Origin: Trichoplax adhaerens
Taxonomy: Eukaryota; Animalia; Placozoa
Assembly: GCF_000150275.1 (NCBI RefSeq)
Contig: NW_002060946.1
Span: 863,562 to 927,561 of the forward strand
Direction: 5' to 3'
DNA: 64,000 nt
The stretch's first letter is position 1. Each line of letters begins with the position of its first letter. The notes under the pieces were generated by a model. It was not told the origin of the DNA. It ran no database searches and saw only the letters and a list, made by a program, of their open reading frames with translations. This document shows, in pieces, positions 51,501-64,000 of the stretch. A program made the position numbers and the translations under genes.

Positions 51501-54500
51501 GGAACCATACTTTTAGCAATAGTAAACTTTTACCACTGTCATAACTGTAGTAAGGCGGTAAATACAGCAGTTACTGTAATCTTAAAGATAGTTTCCACAT
51601 TATTATGCGCCATATTAGAACCATACTTCAAATAGATTTCTTGTTGAAATTTTCCACTGCTATAGTTGTAGTAAAGCTATAAAAGGCGTTAAATGCAGCA
51701 GTTACTATAATACTAGCTTCGATTCATACTTAATTATGTGTCATACTAGAATCATTCTCTTAAAATATTTCTCACTAGCATGGTTATCTTAAGGCTATAA
51801 TAGAAAACTAAGTAAATAAATGTTAATAGTAGTTATTATTTTTAATTTCTCCAACATAGAAGCCACCCTAAGATGGCCTTACAAGATCTTAGCACATCTA
51901 TTCTTTTAGATGATTCCTATGATAATGTATTGGCGTATGCCCATCGGGGTATTATATACGCATCTATGAAACGGTTAGCTTTTGCATGTGTTAAATTCCG
52001 CGAACTTTGCAACCCTTTTTAGTCATGCGCATAGTTTTTATCGTATTATAGTATAATTCGTTTAATTTTTTAAATGTGTGAAAAAATCGCGGCCGTGAAG
52101 ATTTCACATTTATTTGATTTCTTGCCATAATAGTATTGCATCGTACTGCGTACCGTACTTAGCAAAATTAATGTCATTTTTAATGTAGAGTAAATTCTTC
52201 ATATTGACTATAGCCCGATAAGACGGAAAAGATTTCTTATATAATACTGAGTTAAATTTAAATTCTGTAATACAAATGCAGGAGATAAATTGAGCTGCGT
52301 TATATCACCCTTAATTAATAGCAATTTTAATAAATATTTGTAAAAATGTTATACCATTAATCACTAATAGAGTAGTAGAAGATTATTCAGTTTTCATACA
52401 AGCATAACTAAATTTGTAAATTAAACGTTTAAAGTGCTGCACTTTGAATACTATACAATTATAATCGAATACCCAAAGTAAGATTTCTTTTACAGTCAAA
52501 GTAACAACATATCTTCTAATATATAGTATCTCCCATCAAAAACTTGTTTAAATTCTTATAATTAGCTTAAATTGTTTAATATTTGTATTCACTTACTGGT
52601 CAATAGATGGCCGGAAGCTGTGAGCGATTTTGAAGCCGCTGTAAAACTAGACAAAACAATCGTGCTGGCTCATGTCAATTTAGGAGTTATATACATGCGG
52701 CAAAAACATGATTATACCAAGTAAATTTTGCTATAATTAACGAGTATCAAGATATTTTATGCCATATGGAAAGTATGGTAATTTATATCTGAAAAGTGCT
52801 GATGAATTAATATCTTTCTTGCAGTGCAATTCGACGATTAACATCGGCGATACGTATTGATCCAACCTATGTCAGAGCTTATGTTTGCCGAGCAGAAGCT
52901 TACTGCTATGAGTCGTTGGTATGTCAAAAATGCTGTGATATATTCTCTACAATACACAGCTAATAGTAGATGTGTCAGCACTACTAGTAAATAGACACAC
53001 TTACTCATAGATATATTTTTTAACTACATTATGTAGATACAATTCGGGTTGAAGGACTACACCAGAGCTATCCATCTACGACCAGATAATCCTAAGTACT
53101 ACTTATATCGAGTAAGTCATTAATTCTATATACTGTTGTGATTATTATTTACAGTCATCTTATATTACTTTTTCGTCTAACCTTGCTAGGGTAAACTACT
53201 ACTTCAGATGGGTGAGCTTGATCTCGCAGGGCAACATATAAGGTAAGAGCTATGTTCTCAAGTAAAAGTTTTAATGCCAATTTTGTAATCGTGCGGTAGA
53301 ATTTATACTATAATCATCTATCGTAGATTTGCATTCAATCTCAACCAAGGTGTTGATTTATCAATCACCCAACAAGCTGCTGTTTATTCATTCTTGGGTG
53401 AATATACCGAGGTAATATTTCTAATCTCGATTATCATAAATACTAACTTATTTTTAGAGTATTTTAAAGGTTTATTCGTCAATTTATGCTATGTATTTAC
53501 AGTCAATTCAAGCTTTAAATCGTGCAATTCGAGCTCAGCCTGTCGCACCATTATATTTATTACTTGGCAAAGTTAGCATGAAAGCCAAACTTTTCAACGT
53601 CGCTATTGATCATTTCAAGGAAGCTGTCAAACTTATGGTAATGCTGATACAATCTATTGTGATTATATGTCTATTACCGTCTTTTATAATAACTTAACAT
53701 TATTTAGACACCTTGGAATGTTACTAAATTGATTGACATGCCACGTGAAGCTGCTGAAGCATTCTATTTGATCGGTTTAAGTTATAATGAATTTAAAATG
53801 TATAAACATTCGGTCGATGCTCTAACTAGCGCTATCAAAGTTGATCCTCAACATTATCAGGTGATTGCGTTTTCTTAGGCTACTTGTTTTATTAAATCAT
53901 ACTTTATGTAAGACATTTTATCTTGATTTGTAGGCATACTATCATCGTGGGCTTACTAGAATCAAATTAAAACATCCTAGAGCTATACAGGATATTAACA
54001 GAGCTTTAGCTATCAAATCCAATTTTTTCCAGGTATAATCAGAAATGATTGCTATGATCTATTATAGTATTAATTTCAACATTTTTTGGGTCAGCGTTGA
54101 TAAGAGAGAAAGTATAAACATAATTTATGCGGTATTTAATCTAGTGCACTTTTAAAGCACGGTTGATAATTTTATTGAAAAGAAAAGGAAATTCTATTAA
54201 TTTCTAACGCTCTAATCTAGGCATATCTAAGTCGTGCAGCTTATTTTGGAATGAAAGGCCGTTATAATAAGGCTATCCTCAATTGTAATGAAGCGATAGA
54301 AGTGCAACCTAATAGCTTAAGAGCTTATTTATATCGGTAATTGAATGAATAACATTTTCTTGTTTTGTTCTCAATTAAAACTAATCTTTTGCCGTTATTA
54401 TCCGTTCCTATATGTATAGTGGAGCACTTAAGTACTTGATTAAAGCCTATAACTTTGCTGCCAAAGATTTAACTAAAGCCATTGCAATAGATCATACATG

Positions 54501-57131
54501 CGTTTTAGCTTATTTTAATCGTGCACTTTGCTACCAGAAGTTAAAAGAATATCATAAAGTACGATGATGAGAAGTTGCTAATCTTATTTATTTGTTTATT
54601 TATTTAAGTAATAAATTAATAATATTGAGTACGTTAATCGCGATAATTAAATCTCTGGCGGAGGACTATAATTAAATATATAATCGTATGGTCAACATCG
54701 TTCCTATATAGGCTTTGCAGGACTATGGAGTTGTTCAATTACTCGACAATGATGAAGATCAAAAGGTAAAGATACCAAGATACTATACTTGTGCCTGCTT
54801 ACGTTGTTTACTTATTGTTAAATATTATTGATACGATTATAATTATCAACGTTATCTTTGATAGGTTTTGCAAAATCGCAGTTTACTTTATTTTGAAATT
54901 GGCGACTACGAAAACGCCTTGTTAGATACACTATTATGCTTTAAGGTAATGAAGTAAAAGCTGAATAAGATTTGTTGTTACAGCAATCATGAAATTAATA
55001 CATTTTATTACGTCTTTCAGGAAAATCCAAAAGATGTCAAAATCATCCACACCATCGGTCGTTGTTATCATCAGTGAGTAGAGATGTTATTGAGTGGAAT
55101 TACTATGCAGCTAATACTGAATAATTTAGACTTTATTTTATCAAACTGATAATGATTTTATTTAATGGATTAGCCTTCAATACTATGAAGATGCAATTTA
55201 TGCATTCAATGCTGCGTTAGCTATAGATCCGTTCTTTCTCGATGCTTACCTTGGTCGAGGAAATGTAATGATGGATTATGTTACCTTGAATCACAATGCT
55301 ATCAGCAGGTAATGTACTCATAGGCGTGTAATAAACTATTTACTGTATGATCATTGATAAAGGTTCTTACATCTCACAATCTATTGTTGATAACTTTTTG
55401 GAAATTTTAAGGAGGGATTATGGGAAAGCTTTACGTTTGAGCCCTTTCTACTTACCTGCACGTCTTAACTTAGCTTATAGTTTGCAGGTGATAATTAATT
55501 TCTTGATTGTTCGGCGTTTGTCATATACTTGGTCAAGATATTACTTTAAAACTTGATTACTAACAATTATGACTACTATTTCAGGTCGATGGCCATTTCA
55601 AGCTTGCTTGGAATCAATTTACGATCGCTCTTAATATAGATAAAGGTAAGAAAAATACCTGCCTACTGATTCCAATTAGATTTATTTCGCTTTGTTGATA
55701 CCGAAGGACATGGGAGGAATAATTGAATGGCTCTTATTATTAGGTCTATGATGTTATAATAGTGTTATCAACATCTTCTTTACATTTAGAGTGCATAAGT
55801 GCCCTTGAAGGAAGAGCAGTAGTTAATTTACAAATGAGCAATACATTTGCAGCCTTGACTGATATTAATCAAGCAATTAAGGTTAGGCAATAAATCTTGC
55901 ACCATTGCATTTATTTCGCTATTAATTTTTTAAAAAATCTTCGAATAAAGTAAAAAATAATGATAAATTATTTCTCCATTTTATATCGTCGGACTATGAC
56001 TGCTGCTATGTTTACAGATTAAGCAGACAGCAGAACTTTATACTAACCGTGGAGTAATTCATCTAGTAAGTAGGATGATCAGTACATCTGGATTAGAAGT
56101 AAATATTACTACAACACTATTTTCACTATATCCTTATATTTTAAGGCTCCCTTTTAACATATTTCTGGTTAATTCTTCTTTACAGTTTCGGAATGATGTT
56201 GTAAATGCTATGAGAGATTATCAAACTGCTATAGCTTTGACTCCGACTTATAGCCTAGCCTACTTTAACGCAGCCAATTTATATTTTATTCAACGCCGAT
56301 TCCAACAAGTAAGTCTTTAAAATTACTTTATTAAAGGATTTATATTGACTGAATTAAGGTGCTTCTTATAGTTTGATGACTGCAATATTTTATTAAGTTT
56401 GGAAATGTTAGTCATATGATAATTATACTTATTACTTATTAGGCTCTAATGTACTATGACAAAGCCTTAGAATTTGATGCAAATGATGAGTCAGCTCTTC
56501 ATAATAGAGGTGTTGCTAAGGTAAGCTAATTCCTGATTCACTTGTAATTAATGCTTTTAAAGTGATCAAGAAGGATATTTGTAAGTCAGATAAAAGTTTA
56601 TACCGATCTTGCTTTAATTCTCAAAATTTATTTCTTTTTATCAATTCTAGATTATGATGAAAGATTACGAAGGTGCCTTGGAAGATTTTAATAAAACAAG
56701 TAGGACATTGTTTCTTGATTATTTACAAAGTCTCATAACAATTACATTAATAAATATATTCATTCATGTATCAGTTGATATTTACCCGTATGGAGCTCAT
56801 GCTTACTTTAATCGAGGAAACTTACTTGCAATAATGGGACGATATGGGGAAGCAGAGAATGATTATGGCATTGGTAGGATATTTTATCTTGAATATATAG
56901 ACGATTTATGTAAGTATGTTTCTTACAATATTAAATCATGGTTATACATTATTATTTACAGCCTTAAAGTTAAAGCCTCAAGATGCCATAGTTCTAAAAA
57001 GACGTGCCTATGTTAAAGGCAAGCAATCGAGAAAAGAAGAAGCTCTAGAGGATTATAAGTTGGCTGTGAATATTCAAAGTGAATCTGTAATAAAAGATTT
57101 ATTGACCGAAGAATTAACTTCCTCAGCGTAG
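42522..57131 (+). CDS. TTC6: Long tetratricopeptide-repeat protein, TTC6-like (low-complexity N-terminal half, TPR array in C-terminal half)
   Basis: MDGQNFVNSSAR|EVSSPDEIANEMAQLG... (42522-42556 spliced to 43038). Continuous TPR exons from ~50139 (LSRRGALLRKIG..DLELAIKMEP; AYFRRAEMY; AYLSRAAYFGMKGRYNKAILNCNEA; AYFNAANLY; AYFNRGNLL) end in ALKLKPQDAIVLKRRAYVKGK...EEALEDYKLAV, like the TTC6 C-terminus. Stop at 57129-57131. Some N-terminal exon boundaries are less certain. Confidence 0.8.
46101..46154. repeat. 54-bp spacerless palindrome with one mismatch, in a TTC6 intron
   Basis: taattttggatcaatgacaaccaagga|tccttggttatcattgatccaaaatta; only the c/a pair breaks the symmetry. Confidence 0.95.
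51288..51800 (+). repeat. Four degenerate ~125-135-bp tandem units filling a TTC6 intron and overlapping its donor site
   Basis: aaggcggtaaat..gcagcagttactgtaatc / attatg..catactagaaccatac / tttccactg..atag..gtagta recur at ~51289, 51430, 51552 and 51682. Confidence 0.8.
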
Positions 57132-58204
57132 TCTAACCAATATATAATTTTAAATTGTGTGTATATGATGTACATTAATCCTTATAGATATATGTTGATT
57201 ATATATTTATAATGTATTGATATTTTACTATGTCGAAATACGATCAAATCAATTTACTAATTAAAGTTAATTAATACTACTGAATCAAGAAGTTCTCAGC
57301 AATTTGATGCATAGAACCATGTAGTCTATCATACGCTAAACAATCTTTATGAGCATATATGGCTCATTAAATACAAGTATTTAAACCACTTTTATACATG
57401 AGAATTTAATTCTTACACATTGCAATCACAAGATTGTTGTAAAATTCTAAAATTTGTACAATTGTTTCTTGATGTTGAGGTATATAACGGCAACTAACTT
57501 TATGCCGGGCTAGAATTTATAATTATAGCAGTAGTACGGAATTTATCATATATTTCTTTTGCAATCCATAAATTTGAAGAAAATTTTGATTTCCAAGTCA
57601 TTTGATAACATTTATATCATCGAGCATTTTACGTCTGTTTTATAATAAGAAGAATACTAACAGGCGTAAAAGAATATTTTTAATCATGTTAACTTTATAT
57701 TAGAATGAAGTTTTATTTGTACTGTTTCGAAAATTAATCATGACCTGATTCTATCGCATAAGTGGATTATGCACATAAATTTGACTTGGTTTTGTGCTAA
57801 ACATTGAAAAAATTGATTGGAAAAATAAAAGTAAAACATTTGATAGAGTTTCATCAAACATAGCTATGATTTATGTCATTGATTTGATCACATGTAATCA
57901 AGATCTTCATGTTATCGAGGGTTCAGAGCCCATAACAAAGTGTGTTACTTTCGCAAGATAGTTTAAGACGATTAGTAGTACTATATCGAAGGAGTAATAT
58001 TCAGGCGATAGAAGCAATAATATTGTTAAACACTTCTAAGTGATAAGAAGATATTATTAAAGAATATAGCAATGTTTCGTGGATATACAGTATATACAAG
58101 TAATTAATGGTTGTAGTAAGAGCGGCTGTATTGTCTTTTTAGGGGTGACGACGGTCTTACAAGCCAATAGCGAAGATACTTTGTGAAATGATTCCTTGGG
58201 CTAG

Positions 58205-58845
58205 ATAGAAGACGATAACATTCAATTAACGGAGATATTGGCTCCATTACAATACTTGTAAGTGGTAAAAAAGATAAAGTAATAAAGGCGATATACAGCA
58301 GAGCTACAATTAATTAATTAATTGTAGGAGCAGTTCAGTAAAGATTTTAAAAATTGACGACGATGTTACTCCATTAAGAAGGTGTGCTAGTTTACGTGTA
58401 GAAGTAATTAAAAATAGTAAATGGAATAAAGTGAGAAGAGGACAGCATTCATTCAATAGTGGTGCAGTTACGTTGATATTATTAATGCTATTTTAAATGA
58501 TCCAATGAAGAAATAATTAGAGCTATACTACGGATCTACTGGCCGTAAGAATAGTATCGCAGTTTACGGCATCCATTCCTTACGAAACGGTGATGGTGAT
58601 CCTATAGCTTCAACGGAATATTAATTACTACCCTAATTGAAATAATAATCCCGCTAAGCCTTACCCTTAGATCCTATATTTTAGGTAATATTATGAAAAT
58701 GTGTCGGATGTCTGATCTGGTGGGATCAATGATTTAGTTCATACCGGCAAGCAAGCCCTTTAATATGCAATAAACTAATAATTAATCGGACATGCACTCT
58801 AATGAAGGACATTAAAATCAGTTCCAGAACGTTATCCTTGAACTG
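58205..58845 (+). pseudogene. Probable multi-exon gene relic (weak START-domain-like resemblance)
   Basis: Three phase-compatible open exons (58205-58257, 58328-58430, 58521-58595) separated by 70-90-bp GT-AG introns, then two exon-like blocks (58685-58746, 58808-58845) with in-frame TGA codons. No start exon was found. Confidence 0.4.
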
Positions 58846-59180
58846 GTAAGTTAACTTTTGAGAGAACGTGCAGATGTCAAGTTATTAGTGAAGCAAGGTA
58901 TGTTGGTACATCATGCAGTTACTATTCTTGGCTTTCAATATTTACAATGTTGATCTTCGACCGCCCGCAGAACATCGTACTGTACAATACTGACGTTGGA
59001 GGGTAGCAGATGTTAATTTACGGTTTACCAATCTAGCCCACAATCTCCGTCACATATATACTGTATATATCCGATACTAAAGGTAAAATTTCAATTTAAT
59101 TTGCTAGCAATATTATTCGGTAAAGTAAGGCTGAATTCTTGTTTGGGTAAGGAAGGAAGGCTAATTTCCATCATCGTATC

Positions 59181-62100
59181 ATGGACGCTTCAAGACAATC
59201 CAGCTATAGTAATACATCCTATACTAGTGAATCAAGTAAAAATCGTTACGATCGATGGCATTGGACCGTTTTCTTACAAGCATGTCAGTATAATGAACAG
59301 GAGAAAAATCTCATAGATAAAAATTATCAATCGTAAACGTAGAGGATGATATTTACTTAATAAACTACGATAGAGAGAATCTGCAGTAATAGAGATCTTA
59401 TTTAGCCCTGATATCATTGATCGTTTGATTCTTTACTGATATGGGCAATTTTTTCATTTTAGATTTTGTCAGTATTGCGGCTATTTTGGGTATTGGTATT
59501 CTCGGTAAGTAATTAATCACTGCGGCTAAAGTAACCAGCAACCAGCAAGATATCAAATAATCAAGTATCCTTTTTACTTCATTCATTTTTGGGGGAGGGC
59601 AAAAGCTTCCATATAGCGTACCTTTCAATGTACATCATTATTGATGAATATCTCTTGATTATTAGGTCTGCCTGTAACATTGTCTCATTCTGGCATGCAA
59701 CCTTTGATCTTAAATCTTATTATCAGCTTCTTTGCACAGGTATTAGTAAATGTATGCTATTACTATATCGATATTTGCTATATATCGAAATAAGAAGCGT
59801 AAATTATTTCTTCGGCAAGTTAGCATTGCTTTGATAAAATAAATGAACTAACTGTATAGAATTATTTTCTTATCCTTTTAAAACGAATGCAAAATTTTTG
59901 TGCGGAAAGTTGGCATTAATTATAGTCTTTAATTTTAGTCAATTTTGGTTTTATGCTTTACTACACTTTTACAACAAGCATCAGCGATTAAAATCCACGA
60001 AGCCAATCAATTTGAGGATGTAGGTTTATACTTTTAGATATCCTAAATTTACGGTTTAGTGGAATAAATTAATCATCTATTATAGCAGATATCTGCCTAC
60101 TGAACCAGGCTAGTAATGAAATTAGAATATTACCATTGGATAACAAGATATTTCTACTTGTCTCAGTTTGTTTGTATTGAAGATGATTCAACGCCTTTAA
60201 CCTCGGAAACGAATAATACTGAAGCTTTAGCTATCATCGAGCATAAGCTTGCAGAATTAAAGGATTTAATGGTGCAAGATAAAGATCAAGACGAAACACA
60301 AGATGATGAAATTAGCCTACATACCATTTCCAAACTTTTTCTACCCTTTGGAGCTTATCAACTGTTTGATATTCTAGTCATTGCAACATTGTACGTTAGA
60401 GTTATTTATAGTCTTCGCCGTACTTATTAAATCAGCAGTTATCATTTCTATCTATAATTAATCTAAATTTAGTAGTATAGTAATAGAATGATAGATAGTA
60501 CTACTCCTAAATCGGAAAGAATAAAACTATAATAGGAAACTCAGCACAGATATACAAACGAGCAACCTTCATTTAGTAATCCCTATCTCATTTTTCTTGT
60601 TACGATATTTCAGTTTATCTATCTTGATCAGCTTTGCATTAGCCGGTGGTCAGGCCTATTCAGAGATAACTGAACTACCGTAAGATTATATCATACCTAC
60701 AGTTCTGATTTGTGACTAATTTAATACTTATAACAAGTAATCAGATATAAAATTTATTCCTATTAACGGTTACTGTTGTCATTAACTCCTCTTTTAATAC
60801 TATCTTCTTACTACTTGATTAGATTACCAGTGATGATATCCATCTTTGTATGGAGTTGGGCCGCTGTTATCATTTTCCTTCGAAAAATTGTTCAGCCTTT
60901 TGTCTCTGTTTTAACAATCGTTAAATGTATTGCCTTAGTAGTTACGGTGAGATCTTCTGATACGCTTTGCATTTATCCCTAAAATTTGATTATAATATAT
61001 CATGAATGGATTAGATCAATTTACTCGAATATTGTACGATAGGTTATTTTTATAAGGCGTCAAATCACGCCAATTGTATCATCCGTCGTACTATAATTAT
61101 TAAGTTAACTTCGATTAAGATTGATCAGAAATATTAATAATTCCTAATTAGTTACTTTACTTCGATATTATAATACTTATAAACCAAATAGATACATATA
61201 AGCAAAGATTATTAAATTGGCCATAATTTGTTAACATTTCAAACGGTATTTCTAATAGGATATTGATATTGTTGATCAACAGGTATCGGTTACTTTTTAT
61301 GTTGGCTTAAAAATTGATCTCCCAATACACAACAACTGGAGCTATGTTGGCTCGTCTTTTCTAATGACAACAGTTTCCCTCGGTATAACTACTATGTCGT
61401 TATTTTAGCCTAAGTTACGCTACTTTAGAGATATCATAGAATGGTCATGATTCTATTAAGCATACTTATTCAATGGATAGATCCAGTAAATGAATTTAAT
61501 GGATTGCCGTAAAGTTATGATGGACATATAGTTTGCTATACAATTATTAAGCCTAAAATTCGTACCATCAACAACTGCGAACTTATTTTTAGCTTTTTCT
61601 GATATATCGAAAATTTTCAATTTCTATTTTAAAAAGGTGGTATCATTTTGATCATGCCCATGCTTTTTGCTAGAATCCGCTTCAATACCCGAGAGGTACG
61701 TAAAATTGTGTCGCTATTTTTTTGGGCTACGGAATTGATATTCATATATCATTTTAATACGGTATGCAAGTAAGTTCGATCTTGATTACTTTAGTGTCTT
61801 CTTATAATTCATCTCAAAGCGATTATGATATTGTATAAACGGAATTATTATAAACAGCTTTTAAATTTCGCAATTATTACATTTTTTTAACAATATCTTT
61901 CCATCGAGTAATTATATTGCTATTGTATAGTTTTTTTCAAAGCTAGGCTTGATAGTTGGATACATATAAATAAGTATCAGATCTTTTCTAACATTTAAGA
62001 TTTGTATATATTTCGCAATACAGTAATTTTGATATCATTAAACTTTTAACTCAAAATACTTTACGAGCTTTGACATTATATCTTTTTAAGAAATAGAGGA

Positions 62101-63939
62101 GCAAGCTATATATTAACTTCTTTCTATGCAAAATATTATGATCATACTTAATATCAGTCAATCTTAAATTTGCAGGTAGTCCTATTTAATACAGCCATAA
62201 TAAGTGCGTTAGGGACGGTGGTGATCTTGAATCTCCTTTGGTATGGATAATTCTATCAGAACTATTTAGTTATATTGCCATAACAATACAGTATACGATA
62301 TATCGTTCATGAACAGACTTGAATATCAGTAGTGAGAGCTAATGTAACTGTAATATGGCTTTATAAAATGAATAGCATTTATAGCGTAGTTGATAATGTG
62401 CATTTTATGATGTAAATAAGCTACTTAAGCTGATTACTCTACTACAATTTTTATCTTGTCTCTTATCAGTTCCGTTGTGCTATGTCTGATCGAATAGTAA
62501 ACTACCGTACTTAAATTTATTCGACTTAGCTGCTTCTCTTCCTAATACATTACAAATACCAACTAGCTATACAGCAATATAAGGATCTTGAATATCGCTT
62601 TATAGGTCGTATGCTGTGCTTGGGGTTGTTCCTCAACGATGTGTTGATATCCAGCCAACTATAATGCAACCCGATAACCAGAATACGACCTTAGCAGGAC
62701 ACTGCAACATTTCCTTAGCATGGTACATAGTGGTGAAATTTTGATATCTTCCAGTAAATCATTTCGTCGCCTGCGAATAACAGTATTATTGCGTCGTAGT
62801 AGTAAGGTTAAAGTTTCGATTTTTTGCGCTATTTAGGGCAGAAAGAAACGGTAAAATATCGACTGTTCCATTAACTGAGGTAAAATTGTAATTACGAAAT
62901 ATTTATCTGCTGTGATCACTTTAAGAAAAAATAAAATCTACCATATATAGATTCTTCGACAGCATTATCCGAAGTACGATTGGATTGCTAGTTTGGTTGA
63001 AATCTTTATCGTTATCAGTATCACCGTCTCATTTTTAACTTTAGGATCAGCTTTAAGGCACACATGTGAGAAATAACCTTATGCTATTAGCTACTATTTT
63101 AGATTAAAATTAATTAGGTAAAAATTGTATTAAACTTACTATCTTGCTTTGGCACTTTTTCAGTGTGTGGAACGTTAGATACAATCTGGAATTACTTTAA
63201 AGCGAGAATGTCTGAGGAGGCAGCTGCCCAAGTAGAAGATGGGGTTCGCACTACTACGGAAAAAAATTGGCTATGGTAAAACAATTATAAGTTTATTTTA
63301 CTCAGTATCATACGCTCTTAAATTTCCAATAACCACAATTTTATCAATATCAATTAGCGATAATACTAAAACTAGTCGGCTTAAGTATACTTTATTACCC
63401 ATATTATAATTATGAAAGTCTTTTTATTTAAATCTTTCATCACCCTACTCTAGGATTACTAAAATTCTAGTCTATATCCTTACATTTGGCATCGCTTTTA
63501 TAGTTGCAATGTTTAATCCAAAGGTAATATATATATCGTTTTATATTACTAGCCTGCACAAATAAATTACTTACCGTGCAACGATATACCCGTATGTATA
63601 ATTACCTTTTATAATCTATCAGGCATTTATAGCAATCCTAAGTTCTGTAGGATCATTTTTTATCAATTTACAAGCTGGATTGTTCATACCTATGATGATC
63701 TACAAGGCTAGGCGGCATGCTAGCAGGTTGATTATGATTAGGATATTACAACATTTTAAAGCATTAATTTCAGATAATTAATAAGCAGATTATCTTTATT
63801 CTTCTTTAGCAATTTAAAGACGCCTTGTCCGATGGGGAAAATTCTGTATATATTACACTTTTTGATGGCCTTTTATTTCTTATTTGCAGTTGTTTATGAT
63901 ATTGTTATTGTAATTATACAATCTGTTCATAAATCTTAA
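59181..63939 (+). CDS. Amino-acid permease, APC superfamily (Trp/Tyr-permease or Aa_trans-like), multi-pass membrane protein
   Basis: In-frame GT-AG exons: MDASRQ...VFLQAY|FVSIAAILGIGILG|LPVTLSHSG; LHTISKLFL; LSILISFALAGGQAY; FLMTTVSLGG; WSYAVLGVVPQ; NGKISTVPLTE; FIVISITVSFLTLGSAL; ...FAVVYDIV...HKS*. Stop TAA at 63937-63939. Confidence 0.88.
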
Positions 63940-64000
63940 GAGATGTACATATCATAATCATATCCTAAATGAATTCTAATGAAATCCAAGGTTATCGATA

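Overview
AT-rich (roughly two-thirds A+T) eukaryotic genomic DNA with many short GT-AG introns. Composition, intron size and gene content suggest a compact-genome, early-branching animal, most likely a placozoan (Trichoplax-like); this assignment is inference. Manual splicing gives seven protein-coding genes: the 5' part of a cohesin SA/STAG subunit (-), a complete two-domain angiotensin-converting enzyme with a GPI-like C-terminus (+), a GAP1-family RasGAP (RASA2/RASA3-like, +), GPALPP1 (-), FBXO22 (+), a long TTC6-like TPR protein (+) and an amino-acid permease (+). There is also a probable multi-exon gene relic. The most system-like non-coding signal is a set of dense TACAGTA/TACTGTA (period ~5 bp) islands at inferred promoters, accompanied by recognisable animal motifs: an E2F/CDE-CHR element at STAG and an RFX half-site at TTC6. 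Other signals include a 54-bp near-perfect palindrome, a foldback next to a 107-bp tandem array, and an intron expanded by copies of its own splice donor. No rRNA, tRNA, CRISPR array or intact transposase was recognised.
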